Source: Candidatus Saccharimonadota bacterium
GTDB taxonomy: Bacteria; Pseudomonadota; Gammaproteobacteria; Enterobacterales; Enterobacteriaceae
Assembly (NCBI RefSeq): GCF_000090965.1
Contig: NC_008513.1
Coordinates: 240,001 to 272,000 of the forward strand
Length of the DNA: 32,000 nt
Direction: 5' to 3'
The notes under the pieces were generated by a model. It had not been told where the DNA came from. It did not search any database and saw nothing but the letters and a program-made list of their open reading frames with translations. Of this stretch, positions 7,506 through 15,790 are shown one piece after another (within the stretch, counting starts at the first letter, position 1; the number at the start of each line of letters is the position of its first letter). Both the position numbers and the translations under genes were made by a program.

Positions 7506-8459
7506 ATGAATATCATTAATTCTTTTAAAAAAATAATAATTATTAAAAAACATATGTCAGAACAAAGAATAGATAATTTTTTATTTAAAACTTTTAAAAA
7601 ATTGCCAAAAAGTATGATATATAGAAGTTTAAGAATAGGTAAAATAAAAATAAACAAAAAAAAAGTACATCCATATTATAAGTTAAAAATTAATGATAAT
7701 ATTACATTTTTTTCTATTAATATTGAAACAAAAAAAAAAAAAATTAATTTATCAAAATCTATTATACAATTATTTATTAAAAATATCTTATTTGAAGACA
7801 ATGATTTAATTATTTTTAATAAGCCTTATGGTTTCGCTGTACATGGAGGAAGCGGGATAAGTTATGGAGTAATTGAAATATTTAGAAAAATTCGTTCTGA
7901 TTTAAAATTTCTTGAACTTGTACATAGAATTGATAAAGAAACTTCAGGAATATTAATTCTTTCAAAAAAACGTTCAATTTTAAAAAAAATGCATATAAAT
8001 TTACGTGAAAAAAAAATATATAAAGAATATTTAGCTATTTTACATGGATATTGGTCTAAAAAAAATAAAATAGTTAAACTTCCATTATTAAAAAAAAAAA
8101 ACATTAAACAAAAAAAAAAAGTTTGTGTTCATAAAGAAGGAAAATTAGCACAAACAAATTTTGAAATAAAAAAATATTTAAATAATAAAACATTAGTAAA
8201 AATTATACCAATCACAGGAAGAACACATCAAATTAGAGTTCATACTGCACAATTTGGACATCCTATTGTGTTTGATAACCGATATGGAAAAATAGAAAAA
8301 AAAAAAAAAAAAATTATTAAAAAAAATAGTAGATTATTGCTTCATGCATTTAAAGTTTCTTTTCTTCATCCCAGAAATAATGAAAATTTTTCTATTACAG
8401 CACCATTGGATAAAAAATTTCAAAATTGTTTAAAATATTTTTCAAAAAATATTTTTTAA
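7506..8459 (+). CDS. rluC: 23S rRNA pseudouridine(955/2504/2580) synthase RluC
   Basis: 317 aa (E. coli 319). S4-like N-terminus QRIDNFL...LPKSMIYRSLRIGKIKINKKK. Catalytic motif HRIDKETSGILILSKK. Also GRTHQIRVH and LLLHA. Confidence 0.9.
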   Translation: MNIINSFKKIIIIKKHMSEQRIDNFLFKTFKKLPKSMIYRSLRIGKIKINKKKVHPYYKLKINDNITFFSINIETKKKKINLSKSIIQLFIKNILFEDNDLIIFNKPYGFAVHGGSGISYGVIEIFRKIRSDLKFLELVHRIDKETSGILILSKKRSILKKMHINLREKKIYKEYLAILHGYWSKKNKIVKLPLLKKKNIKQKKKVCVHKEGKLAQTNFEIKKYLNNKTLVKIIPITGRTHQIRVHTAQFGHPIVFDNRYGKIEKKKKKIIKKNSRLLLHAFKVSFLHPRNNENFSITAPLDKKFQNCLKYFSKNIF

Positions 8460-8530
8460 AAATTTTCTAAAATATTAAAAAATATTTGAATAATTATATT
8501 ATATAAAAAATTTTACAAAAAGAGGAAAAA

Positions 8531-8716
8531 ATGGCTGTACAAAAAAGTAAGCCTAGTAGGGCAAAAAGAGGAAAAAGAAGGTCTCATGATCATGTAATTC
8601 AGCATGCATTATCAATAGATAAATTATCAAAAGAAATACATATTCGACATCATATAACTAAAAAAGGATATTATAAAGGTAAAAAAACATTATTATTTCA
8701 TTTATTGTCAAAATAA
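8531..8716 (+). CDS. rpmF: 50S ribosomal protein L32
   Basis: MAVQKSKPSRAKRGKRRSHD...IRHHITKKGYYKGKK matches E. coli L32 [20 protein letters not shown]...LRHHITADGYYRGRK. SD agagga lies upstream. Confidence 0.93.
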   Translation: MAVQKSKPSRAKRGKRRSHDHVIQHALSIDKLSKEIHIRHHITKKGYYKGKKTLLFHLLSK

Positions 8717-8974
8717 AAGTACAGTAATTTTAACATGTATAAATAATTAATTAATGAAATAAATTTTTTATTTAAAAAAAAATATTAAATTAAAATATGA
8801 TAAACTATATATTATAGTATATTTCTTAAAAATTTTTATATTTCATTAAAAATAAAATATTTTTAATGAAATATTTAAATATTTTTTAAATTAATATTCT
8901 AATTAATAATTAAAATATAAAAAATTTATATTTATTATTATAAATAATATATATAATTAAAATTTAAATATTAT

Positions 8975-9913
8975 ATGAAAAAATATTCAGTAATTTTTCC
9001 AGGAAATGGTTTACATAATATGGAATTTTTAAAATTTTTTTTTAAAAAATATAATATTATTCAAGAAATATTTAATGAAGCATCTGATATATTACATATA
9101 AATATATATAAAAAATTTTTTCAAAATAAAAATTATTTAATTAATTATAAAGATATATATCAATTAATATTTATTTCTTCTATTTCCATATATAAATTAT
9201 TAAAACAAAAAATATATTTAAATCCATATATAATGGGTGGACACAGTTTAGGAACATATTCAGCTTTAGTTTGTAATAAAAATATCTTATTTAAAGATTC
9301 TCTTAGAATCATTCAAATACGTAACAAAATATTATTATTATCAGCAAAGAATAATCGATTATTAACTCTGGTTATTATTGGTTTAAATTATACAATCATA
9401 AAAAATATATGTATATTAGTATCAACAAAAAAAAATAAAGCATTTATATCAGCAATTAATTCAAATACACAAATTACCATAACTGGAAATTATTCTACTG
9501 TGTATACAGTAGGAAAAATTTGTAAAAAACAATTTTTAGTAAAAATTATTCGATTACCAATGGTTTTTAGTTCTCATTGTGAACTTTTAAAAAAATATAA
9601 AAAAAGATTTTCTTATTATTTAAAAAAAATAAAAATTTTTGAAAGAAAACGTCCAATTATTAGTAATAATGATTCTAAACTATTATATTCAAAAAAAGAT
9701 ATATTTAATTCTTTATTAAAACAAATATATACTAAAATTCAATGGAATGACAATATTAAAAAAATAATTTCTATAGGTATAAAAATCTTCATTGAAATAG
9801 GACCTGGGCAAATATTAAGTAATTTAAATAAAGAACACAAAAAAATTTTGTCATATCCTACTAATAGTAATAAAAAATTATTATTAGTAAAAAATATAAT
9901 AAAAAAACTATGA
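8975..9913 (+). CDS. fabD: Malonyl-CoA:ACP transacylase FabD
   Basis: 312 aa (E. coli 309). N-terminal FPGNG (FPGQG). Active-site GHSLGTYSALV (GHSLGEYSALV). IQIRNK retains the Arg. LPMVFSSHCELL (LPVSVPSHCALM). The TGA stop overlaps the fabG ATG (ATGA at 9910-9913). Confidence 0.85.
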   Translation: MKKYSVIFPGNGLHNMEFLKFFFKKYNIIQEIFNEASDILHINIYKKFFQNKNYLINYKDIYQLIFISSISIYKLLKQKIYLNPYIMGGHSLGTYSALVCNKNILFKDSLRIIQIRNKILLLSAKNNRLLTLVIIGLNYTIIKNICILVSTKKNKAFISAINSNTQITITGNYSTVYTVGKICKKQFLVKIIRLPMVFSSHCELLKKYKKRFSYYLKKIKIFERKRPIISNNDSKLLYSKKDIFNSLLKQIYTKIQWNDNIKKIISIGIKIFIEIGPGQILSNLNKEHKKILSYPTNSNKKLLLVKNIIKKL

Positions 9914-10647
9914 AAAAAAAAATTGCTTTAATTACAGGAGCTAGTGGAGGAATAGGAAAAAGTATTTCTAAAGAACTAATAAGAAAAGGAATATATGTAA
10001 TAGGAACTACTACTACGAGAAATGGACTAAAAAAATTAAATAAAACATTTAAAAAAAAAGGAACTGGAGTAATAATTAATTTTCTTAAAATATCTATTAT
10101 TAAAAAAAAAATAAAAAAAATAATTAAAAAATTTCATACTATTGATATATTTATACATAATGCTGGTATTATAAATGATAGTTTATTAATTACAATGAAA
10201 GATACAGAATGGAATAATGTTATAAATATAAATTTATCTACTATATTTTATATTACTAAAATACTTTTACCAAATATGATAAAAAATCGGTATGGCAGAA
10301 TAATAATAATTAGTTCTATAATTGGTTCTCTTGGGCAAAGTGGACAAACAAACTATGCTGCATCAAAATCTGGATTAATTGGATTTTCAAAATCCTTAGC
10401 TATAGAAGTAGCTTCAAAAGGAATTACTGTCAATGTAGTATCTCCTGGATATATCATGACAAATATGACAAAAAAATTTTTATTGGCTAATAAAAAAAAC
10501 ATTTTAAAAAAAATACCAGTAGGTTTTCTTGGAAGAACAAAAGATATTGCTTATGTTGTATCTTTTTTATCTTCTAAAAAATCTTCATATATAACAGGAC
10601 AAAATATTCATGTAAATGGAGGAATGTATATAGATCTTAATACATAA
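9910..10647 (+). CDS. fabG: 3-oxoacyl-ACP reductase FabG
   Basis: 245 aa (E. coli 244). TGASGGIGKSI Rossmann motif, NAGI, catalytic NYAASKSGLIGFSKSLAIEVASKGITVNVVSPGYI, C-terminal GQNIHVNGGMY. Confidence 0.92.
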   Translation: MKKKIALITGASGGIGKSISKELIRKGIYVIGTTTTRNGLKKLNKTFKKKGTGVIINFLKISIIKKKIKKIIKKFHTIDIFIHNAGIINDSLLITMKDTEWNNVININLSTIFYITKILLPNMIKNRYGRIIIISSIIGSLGQSGQTNYAASKSGLIGFSKSLAIEVASKGITVNVVSPGYIMTNMTKKFLLANKKNILKKIPVGFLGRTKDIAYVVSFLSSKKSSYITGQNIHVNGGMYIDLNT

Positions 10648-10713
10648 ATAAAAATTTCACTCTATATAAAATAGATTTTTCTTTTTTTTGATAATAATTT
10701 TTGAGATAAATAT

Positions 10714-10956
10714 ATGAAAAATATCAACTATCGTGTAAAAAAAATAATTGCAAAACAATTTCAAATTAATATTAAAAAAATTTCATTAAATAATAATTTA
10801 AAAAATGATTTAAAAATTGATTCATTAGATTTTGTAGAATTAATTATGTTATTAGAAGAAGAATTTAACATTAAATTATTTGATATTGAAGCGGAAAAAA
10901 TAAAAAAAATTAAAGATATAATTCCGTATATAAAAAAAAAAAAACTAAAAGAATAA
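10714..10956 (+). CDS. acpP: Acyl carrier protein
   Basis: 80 aa. [10 protein letters not shown]...[31 protein letters not shown] is collinear with E. coli AcpP, including the DSL phosphopantetheine-attachment serine. Confidence 0.92.
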
Positions 10957-10964
10957 ATATTCTT

Positions 10965-11942
10965 ATGAACCTCTATCCTTGGTTAGTTAACTACTATAAA
11001 AATATAATTAAAAAATATCACATTAGTAAACTTCATCCAATTATTTTAATAAATTCACCGATAGGAACCGGAATATCAAATTTGATTTTAAACATTTGTC
11101 AATGGATATTATGTCTTTATAAAAACAAAGAAAAATATTGTAATAATTGCTCATCTTGTTTATTAATAAAAAATAATGTACATCCAGATTTTTATTTTAT
11201 TAAAAATAGTTTTAGAAAAAAATATATTAAAATTAATAAAATTAGAAATATAATTAAATGTATATATCAAATGTCTCAACAAGGGAAGGAAAAGATTATT
11301 TATTTCCAAAATATTAATTATCTTACTCCTGAAGCAAGTAGTTCTCTATTAAAAACATTAGAAGAACCTCCAAAAAATACTATATTTTTTTTACGTACTA
11401 CAAATATCTCAAAAATTGATCATACGATTAAAAGTAGATCTATAATCTATTATATTAATACTTTAGATGAAAATAAAAATTTATTTTGGTTAAAAAAAAA
11501 AAATAAAAATTATAAAAAAAAAAAAATATTAACAGCATTAAGAATAAATAATAATATACCATTAATTACACATAAATTTTTAAATACATATTTATTAAAT
11601 GAAAGAAAAAATTTTATGTTAGAAATATATAATAATACAATTAATAAAAGTAACGTTAATTTAATACAATTAATTAATACATATCACGAAGATAAAATAG
11701 CTAACTGGATTATTTGTTTAATATTAGATGTTATAAAATACAAAACATATAATTCTAAAAAAATAATAAATTTAGATCAAATTAAGTTAATTAAAAAAAT
11801 TGCGAAAATTAATAATATTAAAAAATTAAATAAACATATAAAATCTTGGATTATATATAAAAGAATATTATTTTATTCAGATTATATTGATAAAAAATTA
11901 ATTTTTACAGAACAAATTTTATTATTTTCAACTCTTTTATAA
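10965..11942 (+). CDS. holB: DNA polymerase III subunit delta-prime
   Basis: 325 aa (E. coli 334). LYPWL start, Zn-module CNNCSSC, HPDFYF, LLKTLEEPP, IKSRS. Position before ycfH as in E. coli. Confidence 0.82.
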   Translation: MNLYPWLVNYYKNIIKKYHISKLHPIILINSPIGTGISNLILNICQWILCLYKNKEKYCNNCSSCLLIKNNVHPDFYFIKNSFRKKYIKINKIRNIIKCIYQMSQQGKEKIIYFQNINYLTPEASSSLLKTLEEPPKNTIFFLRTTNISKIDHTIKSRSIIYYINTLDENKNLFWLKKKNKNYKKKKILTALRINNNIPLITHKFLNTYLLNERKNFMLEIYNNTINKSNVNLIQLINTYHEDKIANWIICLILDVIKYKTYNSKKIINLDQIKLIKKIAKINNIKKLNKHIKSWIIYKRILFYSDYIDKKLIFTEQILLFSTLL

Positions 11943-11984
11943 AAAGAAATTATATATTTAATATCTTTTAACAAGGAAATAAAA

Positions 11985-12779
11985 ATGTTTTTAATTGATA
12001 CACATTGTCATATTCATAATATATGTCAATTAGATAAAAAAATGAATTTAGATAAAATTTTAAAAAATGCTTATAAAAAAAATATAAGAGCATTTTTATC
12101 CGTATCAACTTCTATTTTAGATTTTTACAATTTATTGAAACTTACTAAAAATTATAATAATATTTTCTTATCTTGTGGTTTACATCCTAATTATTTTCAT
12201 ACAAATGAAGATCTCAAAAAATTAAAAAAAAATATTAATAATAATAAAGTTATTGCTATTGGAGAAACTGGATTAGATTTTTTTAAATCAAAACAAAAAA
12301 AAAAAAACCAAATAAAACTATTTGAATATCATTTACATCTATCTAAGAAAAAAAAAAAACCAATTATTATACATAATAGAAATTCTGATAAAGAATTATT
12401 AAATATATTAATTTCTAAAAAAGAAAAATTATATTCTGGAATAATTCATTCCTTTACTGGAAAAAAAAAATTTGCAAGAAAATTATTAGATTTAGGATTT
12501 TATATATCTTTTTCTGGTATAATAACATTTAAAAAATCTGAAAAACTAAGAGAAATTTTAAAATTTATACCATTAAATAGATTATTAATAGAAACAGATT
12601 CTCCTTACTTATCTCCCGAACCTTATAGAGGAAAAAAAAATCAACCATCATTTTTATATTTTATCGCTAAATGTATTCAAAAATATATAAAAATAGATTT
12701 TTTGAAATTTATTAAAATACTAAAAAAAAATTTTTTAAGATTATTTCAATTAAAAAATAATATTTATTTTTTACAATAA
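11985..12779 (+). CDS. ycfH: TatD-family metal-dependent hydrolase YcfH
   Basis: 264 aa (E. coli 265). MFLIDTHCH, IGETGLDF, PIIIHNR, GIIHSFTG, LLDLGFYISFSGIITFKKSEKLRE, LLIETDSPYLSPEPYRGKKNQP. Confidence 0.92.
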   Translation: MFLIDTHCHIHNICQLDKKMNLDKILKNAYKKNIRAFLSVSTSILDFYNLLKLTKNYNNIFLSCGLHPNYFHTNEDLKKLKKNINNNKVIAIGETGLDFFKSKQKKKNQIKLFEYHLHLSKKKKKPIIIHNRNSDKELLNILISKKEKLYSGIIHSFTGKKKFARKLLDLGFYISFSGIITFKKSEKLREILKFIPLNRLLIETDSPYLSPEPYRGKKNQPSFLYFIAKCIQKYIKIDFLKFIKILKKNFLRLFQLKNNIYFLQ

Positions 12780-13209
12780 AATATAGTTTTTTTTATTAAA
12801 AAGTTTATAATAAATAAAAATTCTAAATTTAAATTAAGAAATTAATTTAAATTTACAATATTTTATTAAAATTTTAATAAAATATTAAAAAAAATATATA
12901 TAAAATATCTAATTTGTATTAGAATAGGTACAATTATAAAATTAATTAAATATTAAAAATATTTAATATAATTTAAACGAAAGTTTTATAAAAATAAAAA
13001 TTTTATAATAATTTTCATATTATTAATAATAATAAATTTATATATTTATTATATATAAAGTATTAAATTTATTATTTCAATTATAAAAATATATATTATG
13101 TTTGCACTAATTCATATTAAAACAATGATATTTTTATATAATATATTATAATTTTCAATATAAAAATATTATATAATTATAAATATAATCTAAATATTTT
13201 CAAAGCTTC

Positions 13210-13256
13210 AAAAAAAATAAAAATCTTTATTTTGATTAATTCAAATAAAGATTTTT
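13210..13256 (-). terminator. Candidate rho-independent terminator of asnS
   Basis: 14-bp perfect inverted repeat aaaaatctttattt (13219-13232) / aaataaagattttt (13243-13256) with a 10-nt loop. The proximal arm overlaps the asnS stop codon. On the minus strand the stem is followed by a + T8 (A-run 13210-13217 on the plus strand). Confidence 0.5.
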
Positions 13257-14649
13257 AAAAATCTGCATGCCTAATCGTTCTCGGAAATGGAATAGATTCT
13301 CTAATATTTTTAATACCAGTAATAAAAATAATTAATCTTTCTAATCCCAAACCAAAACCAGAGTGTGGTATAGTTCCATATTTTCTTAAATCTTTATACC
13401 AAGAATAATTTTTTGAATTTAAACCTACTTTATTCATATTTTTTTCTAAATACATGATTCTATCTTCTCTTTCTGATCCTCCTATTATTTCTCCTATGTT
13501 AGGAACTAAAATATCAAAAGCAGCAACAGTTTTGTTATCGCTATTCATACGCATATAAAAAGCTTTTAATAATCTTGGATAGTTTCTTACTATTACAGTA
13601 GATTTAAAATATTTATGTACTAAATATTTTTCATGACTTGAAGATAAATCTTCTCCCCAATTAATATTTTCATAAGAAGAATTTTTATTTTTTTGTAAAA
13701 TATTAATAACTTCGCTATATTCAATATTAATAAAATCTTTATATAAAAAATCATTTAAATATGAAATAATGTTACGATTTAATTTTTTTTGTAGAAAAAT
13801 TAAATCAGAAATACAATTATCTAAAACATAACTAATAGAAAATTTTAATAATTTTTCTGCAAATTTAGAGATATCATTAATATTTGAAAAAGCTTTTTCT
13901 ACTTCTAACATCCAAAATTCTGTTAGATGTTTTTTAGTATTTGAATTTTCTGCTCTAAAAATAGGTCCCAAAGAATAGACTTTAGATAAAGCACATGCAT
14001 AAGCTTCTAATGTTAATTGTCCAGAAACAGTTAAAAAAACATCTTTTTTAAAAAATTTTTTATTATTATTATTGGTGTATTGGTTATTATTATCTAACAT
14101 AGATACTTTAAACATAGAACTAGAACCTTCTGTATCAAGACTAGTAATAATAGGAGTTGATACCCATAAATATTGCTTGTTAAATAAAAATAAATTTAAA
14201 GATTGAAAAACTATATTTCTAATTCTAGAAATAGCACTAATTAAATTTGTACGTGGTCGTAAATGACAAAATTTTCTAAGATGTTCTATAGTATGTTTTT
14301 TTGCTGATATAGGATATTTTTCAGGATTTTTTATCCAACCAATTACTTTAATTTTATTAGATTGAATTTCATAAATTTGTAAATTTCCTGGAGATAAAAC
14401 TAAAACTCCAGATATAATAACTGAACAACCTGTAGTAAGTTTAATAATTTCTGTTACATAATTATATAAAGATTTTTTAGCAATAACTTGAATAGTATTA
14501 ATTGATGATCCATCAGTTATAGTTAAAAAAGATATTCCTATTTTTGAAGTTCTTTTACTTCGAATCCATCCATTAATTGTAATTTCTTTATTTAAATATT
14601 TTTTTTTTGTATAAATGTCTAATATAGAAGTTATAGGCATTATTGTCAC
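13255..14649 (-). CDS. asnS: Asparagine--tRNA ligase
   Basis: 464 aa (E. coli 466), collinear throughout. GWIRSKRTSK.GISFL, HLRPRTN, FRAENSNT.KHLTEFWMLE, GGSEREDR, GTIPHSGFGLGLERL, PFPRT. Confidence 0.96.
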   Translation of the reverse strand: MTIMPITSILDIYTKKKYLNKEITINGWIRSKRTSKIGISFLTITDGSSINTIQVIAKKSLYNYVTEIIKLTTGCSVIISGVLVLSPGNLQIYEIQSNKIKVIGWIKNPEKYPISAKKHTIEHLRKFCHLRPRTNLISAISRIRNIVFQSLNLFLFNKQYLWVSTPIITSLDTEGSSSMFKVSMLDNNNQYTNNNNKKFFKKDVFLTVSGQLTLEAYACALSKVYSLGPIFRAENSNTKKHLTEFWMLEVEKAFSNINDISKFAEKLLKFSISYVLDNCISDLIFLQKKLNRNIISYLNDFLYKDFINIEYSEVINILQKNKNSSYENINWGEDLSSSHEKYLVHKYFKSTVIVRNYPRLLKAFYMRMNSDNKTVAAFDILVPNIGEIIGGSEREDRIMYLEKNMNKVGLNSKNYSWYKDLRKYGTIPHSGFGLGLERLIIFITGIKNIRESIPFPRTIRHADF

Positions 14650-14776
14650 CTTTATTAAAAATTAATTTTAAAATTTATAATATATATATAATTATTTATA
14701 TATAAATTTTTTAATAATGTTAATAATCATTATTTCTAATAGAAAAATAAAATACTAAATTTATTTAAAAATATAT

Positions 14777-15760
14777 TTATTTAATAAATTGTCGATATAT
14801 TGTATCTTTACAATGTATTGAACAACAAGAACTTAATTGTATTGAACAAAAAACACATTGAATAAATAAATGATTACAAGAACTATTATAGCAATTAATA
14901 TGTAAACGATTTGTATATTTATTACAATTAATACATTTAGAAAAAATATCATTTGTGATTTTAATTGATAAACGAGCATCAAAAACAAAAATTTTTCCTT
15001 GAAAATAATTAGGTAAATTATATTTTTTTGTTTGTTTTATATATTTTAAAATACCCCCATGTATTTGATATATTTTTGAAAATCCATAATTTTTTAGAAG
15101 TACTGTAGATTTTTCACATCGTATTCCTCCAGTACAATACATAATAATTTTTTTTTTTTTGTATAATTTTAAAGATTCTGGTAATTTTTTTAATTGTTCA
15201 CGAAAAGTATTTGCAGGAATAGTTAAAGAATTATAAAAATGACCAATTTCATATTCATAACTATTACGCATATCAACAAAAACACAATCTTTATTAAAAA
15301 TATATTTATTTACTTTATGAGCTGTTAAATAAATTCCATGATTTTTATTATTAAAAAAAAAATTTTTTATTTTACTAGATACAATTTGTTTTTTTATTTT
15401 TATTCTTAAATCAAAAAAAGCAATCTGTTTTTTTTCAATAGAATAATTTATATACATTTTTTTAGTTTTTTGATTAATATTTTTAAAAAAGTTTTTTATA
15501 TATTTAAATTTTAAATAAGGAATACTAATCGATGCATTTATACCTTCTGTAGAAATGTATATTCTCCCTAAAATATTTTCTTTTACTAAAATTTTTTTAA
15601 TAAAAAATAATAATTTTTCAGGATTAGAAATAAAAAAATATTTATAAAAAGAAGCTATAATATATTTTTTGTTTTTATAATTTTGATAAATATTTTTTAA
15701 ATTAGAATTTAAAACTAAACAATTTTTTTTATATATCATGTATAATCCAATTTTATTCAA
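14777..15760 (-). CDS. trhO: Rhodanese-domain tRNA uridine(34) hydroxylase TrhO (YceA/UPF0176)
   Basis: 327 aa. SFYKYF, GRIYISTEGINASISIP, FVDMRNSYEYEIGHFYNSLTIPANTFREQL, KIIMYCTGGIRCEKS, C-terminal Cys-rich tail (CINC...HINC...C.HLFIQC). Collinear with E. coli YceA. An alternative start at Met8 is possible. Confidence 0.87.
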   Translation of the reverse strand: MNKIGLYMIYKKNCLVLNSNLKNIYQNYKNKKYIIASFYKYFFISNPEKLLFFIKKILVKENILGRIYISTEGINASISIPYLKFKYIKNFFKNINQKTKKMYINYSIEKKQIAFFDLRIKIKKQIVSSKIKNFFFNNKNHGIYLTAHKVNKYIFNKDCVFVDMRNSYEYEIGHFYNSLTIPANTFREQLKKLPESLKLYKKKKIIMYCTGGIRCEKSTVLLKNYGFSKIYQIHGGILKYIKQTKKYNLPNYFQGKIFVFDARLSIKITNDIFSKCINCNKYTNRLHINCYNSSCNHLFIQCVFCSIQLSSCCSIHCKDTIYRQFIK

Positions 15761-15790
15761 AAAAAACTATTTTTAAAAATATTTTTAAAA

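Noticed and set aside
7862-8104. 80-aa ORF antisense to rluC
   Set aside because: It lies entirely inside the well-supported rluC frame. Its F/I/L-rich low-complexity translation is the mirror of a K/N-rich A-rich coding strand. It has no SD and no recognisable motif.
12825-12854. 13-bp perfect all-A/T palindrome (aaatttaaattaa/ttaatttaaattt) after ycfH
   Set aside because: It has no G:C pairs and no adjacent T-run. Palindromes of this size are expected by chance in near-pure A/T DNA. At best it is a very weak terminator.
13079-13106. dif-like sequence (tatata-ttatgtt) in the ycfH-asnS convergent spacer
   Set aside because: It matches E. coli dif (GGTGCGCATAA-TGTATA-TTATGTTAAAT) in only about 16 of 28 positions. 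The XerC arm matches 4/11 and the XerD arm 7/11. The matching part is A/T sequence that is expected by chance in this composition.
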